Shown in pieces: positions 52,271-61,062 of a DNA stretch of 64,000 nucleotides (position 1 is its first letter; each line of letters starts with the position of its first letter). The position numbers and the translations under genes are program-made. The notes below the pieces were generated by a model. It was not told the DNA's origin. It saw only the letters and a program-made list of their open reading frames with translations, and did not search any database. This stretch comes from Candidatus Marinacidobacterales bacterium (lineage in GTDB: Bacteria > Acidobacteriota > Vicinamibacteria > Marinacidobacterales > DATDRI01), in assembly GCA_965226495.1 (NCBI GenBank), contig OZ245365.1, positions 800,001 through 864,000 on the forward strand. The letters run 5' to 3'.

Positions 52271-53095
52271 CTAGTTCAGTGGTTGCACTTCGCCCTCTGT
52301 GGACCAACCGCGCTCGGAGGCAAGCTGGTCCATCGCCTCGATCCGATCGTTGTTGAGAGGGTGGGTCGAGAGGTAGCTCGCGACATGGCGCCCGACGCTC
52401 GACTTCGGCAGAGGGAGCCTCTCGAAAAAGTCCCACGCGCCGGCGACGGTGCCGTACTCTTCATGGACGAGCTCCAGTCCAAATGCATCGGCCGCTTCTT
52501 CCTGAGCCCTTCCGAAACTCCGAGTGGTAAAGCTCCCGGCGAGAACGACAAGAGCGGTAGCCGACTCACCTCCACCTGTTCCCCGTATCACCGCGACCAA
52601 GAAACCAAGGGCCACGCCCCGACCCAGGTGGCGCAGGTGGTCGCGGTTGCGGAAGTGTCCAAGCTCATGGCCCACGATAAAGGCTAGCTCGTTCTCACTT
52701 TGTACATGGTCCAGCATTCCGGACGTAACGAACACTAGTCCGCCGGGAAAGGCGAAGGCATTGTCCTGTGCCTCGTCCATCACGTGGGTACGGACATCGT
52801 AGGGGTTGTCCGACCAGTGGGATGCGATCCGGTCCACCAGCTCTTGCAGTCTCTCACGACGCTCACGATTTTCGTCCGTTACCTCGGGTGCGAAAAGCGT
52901 CGAGAAACCGGTGAAGACTCTCGCTTCCCAAGAAATCGGGAGGAGCGGAACGATGAGATCCACAACGAGAGCGATAAGGATGACGAATACACCAGCCGCC
53001 CCGATCAAGCCGCCGACGAGAAGAACCGTCTCGCGGCCCAAGCTCGTGCGCGAGGTGTTGACGTCTTCTCGGGGCAGGCGAGGCGCGTGGTCCAA
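52271..53095 (-). CDS. M48 family metallopeptidase
   Basis: NAFAFPGG, HELGH, EEAAD, LSTHP. Confidence 0.9.
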   Translation of the reverse strand: MDHAPRLPREDVNTSRTSLGRETVLLVGGLIGAAGVFVILIALVVDLIVPLLPISWEARVFTGFSTLFAPEVTDENRERRERLQELVDRIASHWSDNPYDVRTHVMDEAQDNAFAFPGGLVFVTSGMLDHVQSENELAFIVGHELGHFRNRDHLRHLGRGVALGFLVAVIRGTGGGESATALVVLAGSFTTRSFGRAQEEAADAFGLELVHEEYGTVAGAWDFFERLPLPKSSVGRHVASYLSTHPLNNDRIEAMDQLASERGWSTEGEVQPLN

Positions 53096-53099
53096 AACA

Positions 53100-53573
53100 T
53101 TACCTAGCGAATCTCAATGCGGTTCCGAACGCGAGGACTTCGACTCCGGCGACTCCTCGATCGCCTCGGGAGCTTGCGAGCCGCGAAGTCTCCAGCCTCA
53201 CGTTGATTACCGCCTGAAAGCCGCGCTCTCTGCTACTTTCTTTGAGGCGCATCATGGCCTCGCGCCGCCCTCGATCGAGTAGCGTTTCATAGGCCGTGAT
53301 GCGCCCGCCGAATAACATACGCAGGCCGGCGAGAAAACGCTTGAAGTGGTCGATAGAGACAACGACGCTTCCCGTGACGAGCTCCGACGCCACGACCTTG
53401 CGGTCCTCGGGAACGTAGGGAAACGTGACGGCGAGGAAGTGTCGGGACGCGTTCTCACGAACTCTGAGACTCCGGAAATGGCGCCGCTCGATGGCCGTTC
53501 CAATGAAATACGCTCCGATTAGCACGAGGAGCGGGAGCCCCAGATTGAAGACTAGCTGGATCCACGCTTCCAT
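53100..53573 (-). CDS. YbjQ-like protein with N-terminal TM helix
   Basis: GGRITAYETLLDRGRREA, EVLAFGTA. Confidence 0.85.
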   Translation of the reverse strand: MEAWIQLVFNLGLPLLVLIGAYFIGTAIERRHFRSLRVRENASRHFLAVTFPYVPEDRKVVASELVTGSVVVSIDHFKRFLAGLRMLFGGRITAYETLLDRGRREAMMRLKESSRERGFQAVINVRLETSRLASSRGDRGVAGVEVLAFGTALRFAR

Positions 53574-53575
53574 TG

Positions 53576-53890
53576 CTATTCCACCGTGACGGCCGTGCCA
53601 TAGGCGAAAAGCTCTGCGGCGCCTTGGGCAACGGAGCTAGTGGAAAAACGTATGTTCACGACGGCGTTGGCACCGACCGACTGCGCCTGCTGTTTCATTC
53701 GGTCCAACGCTTCCGTGCGAGCCTCGTTGAGGAGCTCGGTGTAGCCGGTGAGCTCTCCACCCACGATGTTCTTGAGGCCGGCCATGATGTCGCGGCCGAC
53801 GTGTTTCGCTCGAACCGTGCTTCCGGTGACGACTCCATAAAACTCCCGGATCGTCTTGCCGGGGATGGTTTCCGTGTTACTCAGGATCAC
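53576..53890 (-). CDS. ybjQ: YbjQ/UPF0145 family protein
   Basis: GLKNIVGGELTGYTELL, GANAVV, AYGTAV. Confidence 0.92.
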   Translation of the reverse strand: MILSNTETIPGKTIREFYGVVTGSTVRAKHVGRDIMAGLKNIVGGELTGYTELLNEARTEALDRMKQQAQSVGANAVVNIRFSTSSVAQGAAELFAYGTAVTVE

Positions 53891-54002
53891 GATGTACCTC
53901 CTTGGTCAGGTTTTGTCGGAATGGCTTCAAGTCTTTGCGAGTCAGTCTTTACGGAGACGTCGATTGATCCTAGTGTAACATACCGCTGTGCTAAGCTGGC
54001 GC

Positions 54003-54716
54003 ATGCGGCCGGCGTTACCGTGGCTCAACCTCGTTCTCATCTTTATTGGTCTCGCGTCCAGTGCCTGTATTGGATGTCAGGCGAGCGAGTCCGGCCAGAG
54101 TCCAGATCAAAGAGACGACCCCGGACGAGATGTCTCGGTTGCCGCGGCACCCGGGCAGCCGAAAATCGTGACATTGGGTGACAGCCTCACCGCCGGCCAC
54201 GGCCTTGCGGTAGATGAGGCCTATCCCGCCGTTCTACAAGAGCGATTGGACGAACGAGGTTATCAGTTCGAAGTTGTCAACGCAGGTGTTTCCGGGGATA
54301 CGACGGCAGGTGGTCTCCGACGACTCGATTGGGTCCTCGAAGGCGACGTGCGGATTTTGATACTCGCCCTGGGTGGCAACGATGGACTTCGGGGTTTGCC
54401 GGCAGCGGAGATGAAGCGCAACTTGGCCACGATGATCGAACGCGCTCAGTCGCGAGGGATTGCGGTGCTCCTGGCCGGCATGGAAGCGCCTCCTAACTTG
54501 GGAGCGTCCTACACCGCCGAATTTAGACAAGTGTTCCGCGAGCTGGAGGCGGAGTATGACGTTGCTGCTCTTCCGTTCCTATTGGAGGACGTCGCCGGCG
54601 AGCGCACCTTGAACCAGCCGGACGGCATCCATCCCAATCCGAAAGGCGCACGTGTGCTTGCCGATAACGTCTGGACGATCCTCGAGCCGATGCTGGCGAC
54701 CGTCTCCAACCCATGA
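54003..54716 (+). CDS. tesA: GDSL arylesterase/thioesterase
   Basis: GDSLTAG, NAGVSGDTT, LGGNDGLRG, DGIHP. Adjacent to ybbAP-like genes. Confidence 0.9.
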   Translation: MRPALPWLNLVLIFIGLASSACIGCQASESGQSPDQRDDPGRDVSVAAAPGQPKIVTLGDSLTAGHGLAVDEAYPAVLQERLDERGYQFEVVNAGVSGDTTAGGLRRLDWVLEGDVRILILALGGNDGLRGLPAAEMKRNLATMIERAQSRGIAVLLAGMEAPPNLGASYTAEFRQVFRELEAEYDVAALPFLLEDVAGERTLNQPDGIHPNPKGARVLADNVWTILEPMLATVSNP

Positions 54717-55414
54717 TCGAGCTCAAGAACGTTTCCAAAACCGTCACCAGCGGCTCCGAGCAGCTCACCATACTTCATGCTCTCGATCTCCATGTTCCTT
54801 CCGGTCAATTTCTATCGGTGGTCGGCCCCTCGGGAAGCGGAAAATCGACACTGCTGGGATTGATCGCGGGCTTGGATTCACCGTCCGTGGGCAACGTTCT
54901 CATCGATGGAGACGACATCACCGCCCTCGACGAGGATCGCTTGGCCCGTCTGCGCGGGGACAAGATTGGGTTCGTTTTTCAATTCTTTCACCTCATCCCC
55001 TCGCTGACCGCTTACGAGAACGTTCTGGTGCCTATGGAGTTGGCCGAGGCTTCGAGCCCGGCGGATAAGGCGAACCGGCTCTTGGAGGAGATGGGCTTGT
55101 CCGACCGCGGCCATCATTACCCTGCCCAGTTGTCCGGCGGTGAGCAGCAGCGGGTTGCGATCGCACGCGCGTTGGCCAACGATCCGCCGATACTCCTGGC
55201 CGATGAGCCCACCGGCAACCTGGATAGCGCCAATGGACGCCATATCATCGATCTTCTGGTGGGAGTGCACCGGACGCGAAAATCCACCATCGTCCTCGCC
55301 ACTCACGACGCCGAGCTCGCCGATCAAGGGGACGTCATCCTGACGCTGCGCGGCGGGCGAGTAGAAAACCGCCGGGAGCTTTCGAAAAGCGTGACCACGA
55401 GCAGCTCGTCGTGA
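54713..55414 (+). CDS. ABC transporter ATPase (YbbA/LolD-like)
   Basis: [27 protein letters not shown]. Confidence 0.93.
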   Translation: MIELKNVSKTVTSGSEQLTILHALDLHVPSGQFLSVVGPSGSGKSTLLGLIAGLDSPSVGNVLIDGDDITALDEDRLARLRGDKIGFVFQFFHLIPSLTAYENVLVPMELAEASSPADKANRLLEEMGLSDRGHHYPAQLSGGEQQRVAIARALANDPPILLADEPTGNLDSANGRHIIDLLVGVHRTRKSTIVLATHDAELADQGDVILTLRGGRVENRRELSKSVTTSSSS

Positions 55415-57960
55415 AGTTCGTTTTCCGCATGGCGGCCCGGGAGATGCGCGCCTCCTGGAGGCGCCTGCTTTTCTTCTTTATCTGCGTGGCCATTGGTGTT
55501 GCCGCCATCGTCGCACTCCGCTCGGTAATCCAAAACATCCGCACGACACTGGTGAAAGAGGCGAAAACACTCACCGCCGCCGATATTATTGTTCAAAGCA
55601 ACCAACCCTGGCCGGACGACACCAGAGCACTCATTGATGAACGGCTCTCGACCACCACCATCCTGGCGCGGACCGAATCCATCGAGACGGCGACCATGGC
55701 TCGCCCTGCGGACGATGGGAAAGCGGTTGCGACCATGATCGAGCTGCGGGCTCTGCAGTCGGAGTTCCCGCTTTACGGGGACCTCCTGCTCGAAAGCGGT
55801 CGGCCCTACTCTCACGAGCTACTGAGAGACCGGGGCGCGGTGGTGCGGCCCGAGCTATTGACGCGACTCGGTATCGAAGTCGGCGACGAGATGACGATCG
55901 GCGGCCAGGCTTACACCGTCCGCGACGTGATCACGAAGGAACCTGGGCAACGACTGGGCATTTTTAGATTCGGGCCGCGAGTTCTTGTCGACTACGATGA
56001 CTTTACGAACTCCGAGCTCTTCGGTGTCGGTGGCCGCGTCCGGTATCAGATTCTCCTTCGCACCTACGAGGCGAGCATCGAGCCCTTGGTCGAAACCCTG
56101 GAGCAGACACTAGAAAGCGAGTACGCGTGGGTGCGCTCTTACCGGGAGACCGGCGATCGGATTGGACGGCGCCTGAAGCGTGCCGAGAACTATCTGAGCT
56201 TGGTGGGTTTTGTGATCGTGATTCTCGGTGGGATCGGCATCTGGAGTGTCGTCGGCGTCTTCATGCGTCGCAAGCTCAAAAGCATCGCTATCCTGAAGTG
56301 CCTCGGGGCGAGCACCAAGCAGATCTTCGGCATCTATATGCTTCAGGTCTTGTTCCTCGGGTTGGGCGGCAGTGTTCTCGGGCTGGTCATCGCGCACTTC
56401 GCGGTAGAGGCGGTTCCGCCCGGCGTAGTGGCGGGACTAAGGATGGACGACTACGGTCTCACCGGCTCGGCCACGCTCCAGGGGATCGGTATCGGCATTC
56501 TCGTGTCGGTTCTCTTCTCGCTCATCCCGTTGATGGAATCGAGACACATCAAACCGTTGCTTCTTCTTCGACAGGAAGTGGATCGTTCGGTTATCCAGGG
56601 GAGAAGCCGGTGGGAAGCGGTCGATCGATGGGAAGTGGCGGCTGCGGCAACCGTGCTGATCGCACTGCTCACGCTCGCCAGCTGGCAGGCGGGATCCATT
56701 CGGGTGGGGGCTTTCGTGACCGTCGGTTTCGCGGCGGTGGCCCTCGTTCTCCATCTTGCCGGCACATTGCTGGTGGGGTTGGTGAAACCTCTTGGCCGGA
56801 AGGGTTGGTTTCCCTTACGCCATGCGGTCCTTAGTCTGAGTCGGCCGGGCAACCAAACTCGCATGGTGTTGCTCGCGGTCGGGCTCGGTACGTTCTTCAT
56901 CCTCGGCACGCGGGGCACAGAAACAAACCTCCTCGAGCAATTCACGTTGGAGCTCCGAGACGATGCGCCGGACATGTTTCTGATAGATGTTCAACCCGAT
57001 CAAGCTGAGCCGGCGGAGCAACTGCTGATGTCTCTCGGTGCACGTGAGGTCCGCATGGTTCCAGTTCTGCGGGCCCGAGTGACTGCGGTCCAGGGTGCCG
57101 AGCTCAACCTGGAGGGGTACCAGGAGGTTCGCGAGCACCGTTGGTTGGGACGCGAATTTACCGTCACCTATCGAGATCACCTGGACCCCAACGAGCACGT
57201 CGTGGAAGGCCGGTTTTGGGACGCCAGTCCATCCACCGAAGCCGAAGTGTCGATCGAGCCGGGTTTGCAAGAGGACTTCGGCATTCAGGTCGGCGACACG
57301 ATGCGTTTCGACATCCTGGGGCGGGCGCTCAGTGCCCGGGTGACCAGCATTCGCGAAGTGGATTGGAACGATGCGCGCAACGGCGGCTTTATGTTTGTGT
57401 TCAGGCCGGGGGCACTTGCGAATGCGCCGCATACGTTCCTCGGGTTCGTGAAGGCGCCTTTCGATACCTTGGCCCGGGCGCGTATGCAGCGTGATGTGAT
57501 CTCCGAGTTCAAAAACGTATCGATCGTCGATCTCCGGGACATCTTGCTGACTCTTCACGGGGTAGTCGAGAAATTGGCGCTCGCCATCACGCTAGTTGGC
57601 GCCATCGCCCTGATCAGCGGGGCCATGATCCTCGTTGGATCGGTGGCCATGACCAAGTTCCAACGCGAGTACGAGTCTTCGATCCTGAGGACGCTGGGGG
57701 CGAGTGGAAAAACCATAAGGACCATGGTCCTTCTCGAGTACGGAACGCTCGGTGCTCTGGCTGGTGCGGTCGGCGGCCTAGGTGCTCCTTTGCTGACCTG
57801 GGTCTTGTGCCGTCACTTGTTCGAGATCCCCTGGCAGCCCAACTTCTGGCTAAGCCTTGCCGGAATTCCAATCACCGCGCTCGGAGTCAGCATCGTTGGC
57901 ATGGTGACAACGATGGATATCCTTCGAAAGAAGCCGCTCGCGGTTCTCCGCGCCGAGTAG
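55411..57960 (+). CDS. FtsX-like ABC permease (YbbP-like)
   Basis: Duplicated FtsX architecture, IAILKCLGA, APDMFLIDVQ, LRTLGA. Confidence 0.92.
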   Translation: MKFVFRMAAREMRASWRRLLFFFICVAIGVAAIVALRSVIQNIRTTLVKEAKTLTAADIIVQSNQPWPDDTRALIDERLSTTTILARTESIETATMARPADDGKAVATMIELRALQSEFPLYGDLLLESGRPYSHELLRDRGAVVRPELLTRLGIEVGDEMTIGGQAYTVRDVITKEPGQRLGIFRFGPRVLVDYDDFTNSELFGVGGRVRYQILLRTYEASIEPLVETLEQTLESEYAWVRSYRETGDRIGRRLKRAENYLSLVGFVIVILGGIGIWSVVGVFMRRKLKSIAILKCLGASTKQIFGIYMLQVLFLGLGGSVLGLVIAHFAVEAVPPGVVAGLRMDDYGLTGSATLQGIGIGILVSVLFSLIPLMESRHIKPLLLLRQEVDRSVIQGRSRWEAVDRWEVAAAATVLIALLTLASWQAGSIRVGAFVTVGFAAVALVLHLAGTLLVGLVKPLGRKGWFPLRHAVLSLSRPGNQTRMVLLAVGLGTFFILGTRGTETNLLEQFTLELRDDAPDMFLIDVQPDQAEPAEQLLMSLGAREVRMVPVLRARVTAVQGAELNLEGYQEVREHRWLGREFTVTYRDHLDPNEHVVEGRFWDASPSTEAEVSIEPGLQEDFGIQVGDTMRFDILGRALSARVTSIREVDWNDARNGGFMFVFRPGALANAPHTFLGFVKAPFDTLARARMQRDVISEFKNVSIVDLRDILLTLHGVVEKLALAITLVGAIALISGAMILVGSVAMTKFQREYESSILRTLGASGKTIRTMVLLEYGTLGALAGAVGGLGAPLLTWVLCRHLFEIPWQPNFWLSLAGIPITALGVSIVGMVTTMDILRKKPLAVLRAE

Positions 57961-57968
57961 AGTTGCTA

Positions 57969-58547
57969 GTGTTCCAGCCGAGGCATAGACCCTGGCCGGT
58001 CGTCGCGGCCATCGTGTTGATGGTTTTGGCGTGTGGCAGATCGCAGCAGGATGTCGTCAATGAGTTTGTGAGCGCCTCTAAGAATCAGGACTTGGCGACT
58101 CTTGCCAAAGTATCGATCGTTCCTCTCCCTTTCGAGATTGCGTCGTGGCGGATCACGCGAACTGCGACACCGCGCGAAGAGCCCTTCAACCTCGAAGAAA
58201 TCCAACGAAAATTGAGCCAGGCCAGAGCTGCGCGAGATGCCGCCTTGGCCGCGAATGACGAGACCGAACGGCTTCGCATCCAGACTCGCGTCGACCGGCT
58301 CCGGGCCGAGCTAGGCGAGCAAAGAGAAGCGGCGCGCAAGTCGCTCCGCACCTGGTCGCCAATCGATGAGTTCGAAGGGACGGTCGAGGTGTCCGAGGTC
58401 GAAGTGGAGATTCGATCCCCGCGGGGTGATGACGGAGCGTTTTTCCTGACGATGAAGCGGTTTTCTCTCGAGAACTCGCAAACGGGTGCCCGGCCTCCCG
58501 CCGAGTGGATCTTGACCAGAATCGGGCCGACGAGCCCCGCCTATTGA
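57969..58547 (+). CDS. Hypothetical lipoprotein
   Basis: GTG start, hydrophobic stretch ending VLAC, coiled-coil-like middle. Confidence 0.6.
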   Translation: MFQPRHRPWPVVAAIVLMVLACGRSQQDVVNEFVSASKNQDLATLAKVSIVPLPFEIASWRITRTATPREEPFNLEEIQRKLSQARAARDAALAANDETERLRIQTRVDRLRAELGEQREAARKSLRTWSPIDEFEGTVEVSEVEVEIRSPRGDDGAFFLTMKRFSLENSQTGARPPAEWILTRIGPTSPAY

Positions 58548-59896
58548 ATGTAGCCGAGTGCCTTGAGCTCCCTTACTTGATCTTCCGTGAGCTCGAGCTC
58601 CCTGACGTTCAGCGCTTTCCTCATGCGCATCCGTAGCGCTCGGTTGTCTTCAGCAATGACTCCTAGGGTGCGAGCCATCGATTCGACGCGATCGGGAAGT
58701 GCGGCCGCCAAGTTGTTCTGCTCCTTTGGGTCCTCTTTCAGATCGTAGAGCTCGTACTCCATCCGTATTGCTCTGGGAATTTTTTCGAAACGACTGGGCG
58801 GGTTCTCGATGAGCTTCCAAGAGCTCGTGCGCAGGCAGGCGGCAAACGCTTCCGAGGCGTAGGCGAAACGCCGAGAGCCTGTCGCGGGAAGCGGATCCAG
58901 TAACAACGAACCCTGCATGGCGGGCAGCGGTTCCACTCCAACCTCCCGGAGGATCGTCGGGGTCACGTCGATCAGCTGCACCGGTTCCTCGACTCTTCGG
59001 CCCGCATGGCGCGCTCTTGGGAATCGGATCAGAAGGGGAATGCGAATGAGCTCGTCGTAGACCGAATTGCCGTGGTTCATCAACCCGTGCTCCAAGAATC
59101 CTTCTCCGTGGTCGCCGAACACGACAATGAGCGACGAGTCGTAGAGGCCCAGTGCCGCGAGCTCATCGAGGAAACGTCCGATCGCAAAATCGGCATACGC
59201 AATCTCGCCATCGTAAAGCGCAACGACTTCGGAAAGCTCTTCCGTGGAGAGCTCTTTGTCCTGCTCGTAGGGATGGGAGCGACTGATATCTCGGATGTTG
59301 GGTCGATAAGCGGGAACGTAGGCGGTGTCGAACGGCCAGGGCGGTTCGTAAGGATGATGGGCGTCGAACAAGTGCAAGAACAAGAAGAACGGTCGGGGGA
59401 GAACCGCCGGCCGACCCGGATCCTGGGCCAGCCATTCGAGGGCACGATCCACCATGATGTCGGCCGGCCGCACGCGTTCGGCCCGGTAGTACTGATCGTA
59501 GCCTTTGGAGAACCCGTAGTCCTCGCTGAGGACCGGCGCCACGAACGCCGCCGTTTGATAGCCGGCGTCCTCGAGCATTTCGGGAAGCATCCTGCTCATG
59601 TCGCTTTGCGGTGTGAGGTGGGAGATCGAATGCACCGACGGATAAAGAGAAGTGAAGAGGCTCATGTGGGCGGGCACCGTCCACGGAGTCGGCGTGAAGG
59701 CCTGCTCGAAGACCACACCCTCTTCGGCGAGTCGGGCCAAATTGGGCGTGGTGGGACGGTGGTAACCGTAGACACTAAGGTGGTCCGCTCGCACCGTGTC
59801 CAGAGAAATGAGGATGACATTGGGGAGCCGCTGTCGCTCCGCACAGCCGGCGGTCAGAAGAAGCGCGAGAGTTAGGAATATGCTTCGCCGATCCAT
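58541..59896 (-). CDS. Sulfatase-superfamily lipoprotein
   Basis: PNVILISLDTVRADH, TTPNL, WTVPAH, GDHGE, LYDLKEDP, C-terminal LKALGY. Confidence 0.92.
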   Translation of the reverse strand: MDRRSIFLTLALLLTAGCAERQRLPNVILISLDTVRADHLSVYGYHRPTTPNLARLAEEGVVFEQAFTPTPWTVPAHMSLFTSLYPSVHSISHLTPQSDMSRMLPEMLEDAGYQTAAFVAPVLSEDYGFSKGYDQYYRAERVRPADIMVDRALEWLAQDPGRPAVLPRPFFLFLHLFDAHHPYEPPWPFDTAYVPAYRPNIRDISRSHPYEQDKELSTEELSEVVALYDGEIAYADFAIGRFLDELAALGLYDSSLIVVFGDHGEGFLEHGLMNHGNSVYDELIRIPLLIRFPRARHAGRRVEEPVQLIDVTPTILREVGVEPLPAMQGSLLLDPLPATGSRRFAYASEAFAACLRTSSWKLIENPPSRFEKIPRAIRMEYELYDLKEDPKEQNNLAAALPDRVESMARTLGVIAEDNRALRMRMRKALNVRELELTEDQVRELKALGYIQ

Positions 59897-59919
59897 CGAA
59901 TCGGCATTTTACCCTACCG

Positions 59920-60120
59920 CTAAGCTCGGACGGGTCGGCCTCCGAGTAGTCGAGCCGGTAAATGAAGAAGCGCCTTCAGCAGGTCGAACACCGCGTCCAC
60001 CGTGATACCAATCAGTCGGAACGGTAGAAGTAGAAGCCAAACGAAAGGATAGGCAATTAGGGCCAACAAAGCCACGGGCCAGCAAAGCACGAAAAGAATA
60101 AGCCAAAGCATGAATTTCAA
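59920..60120 (-). CDS. Small membrane protein
   Basis: 66 aa hydrophobic ORF with a strong GAGGAGG RBS. Confidence 0.75.
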   Translation of the reverse strand: MKFMLWLILFVLCWPVALLALIAYPFVWLLLLPFRLIGITVDAVFDLLKALLHLPARLLGGRPVRA

Positions 60121-60215
60121 CAGTTTAACCTCCTCATTTAGTAGTACGTAAATCCTCGGGCATTTGTTCCCTTGAGCTGGCTCGCCTGATATAGTCCGCC
60201 GCGGAGGAGACGAGT

Positions 60216-60941
60216 ATGCGCAGTATTGTTCTGACTTTAGTCTTGGCTTTCATGGCGCCTTTGGCGGAGGCGGCCGACCTCTATCGGATCATGATGGTTC
60301 GCGCGGCGCCGGGCGGGCTAGTCTAGCTCATCGATCTCTTTAAGGAAACGATGCCGGCCATCCCTCCCGATGAGCGTCCGTTTTGGATGCGGCACAGCCA
60401 AGGCGATCAATGGGATCTGCTCCTCTTGTATCCGGTGGGGAGTTTCACCGACTTTTATTCTGCTGAGCGGGTCGTCCGCCGTGCTAAAGCGGTCAAGGAT
60501 GCCGGCATGTCGCAAGACGTCGATCGCCGCTTTCACGCCCTGTTCGCTTGGCACGAGGACATTTTCGTGGACGGGCCGCCACTGAGCGCGGTCAAACAGG
60601 CGTTCGATGGTGCCGGTTTTTTCCATGTCGAGATATTCCGGGCCCTTCCTGGAAAGCAGAAAGAGCTTCTCCGGGAGCGGGAGATGGAAAATATGTATCT
60701 CGAGAAGTTGGGCCGCCCGCAGAACCTCACCCTATTGCATCGGGAGGGCGCGGCGTGGGATGTGTTCTCCATCGGTTTCTATCGAGATCTCAAGCACTAC
60801 GCCGAGAGTGCGGATCTGTCGGCCGAAGACCAAGAGGCGGCGGCCAAGGCTGCCGGTTTCGAGGGTGCGGATCGAATCGGCACGTATCTCCGTCGCTTGA
60901 TGGCCGAGCACCATGACACATTGGCCGGTCCTATCAATTGA
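60216..60941 (+). pseudogene. Secreted protein with two NIPSNAP-like repeats; in-frame TAG at 60324-60326
   Basis: GGAGGAG RBS, ATG 60216 and a signal peptide, in frame with ORF 60351-60941. Internal repeat RAAPG / RALPG. Confidence 0.6.
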
Positions 60942-61062
60942 GAAAACTTGCTTCCCGTCTTTCTGCGCACTAGAATCGCTACGCCGGCGTCCTTAGGAGG
61001 GTGTACGTGGTCTTGGGAGATGGATCGATCGTCTGAGTTCCCCCCCTTTCTAAAACCGCAGG

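Noticed and set aside
60324-60326. Pyrrolysine codon
   Set aside because: No pyl genes or methylamine methyltransferase context, and TAG is used as a normal stop in this window.
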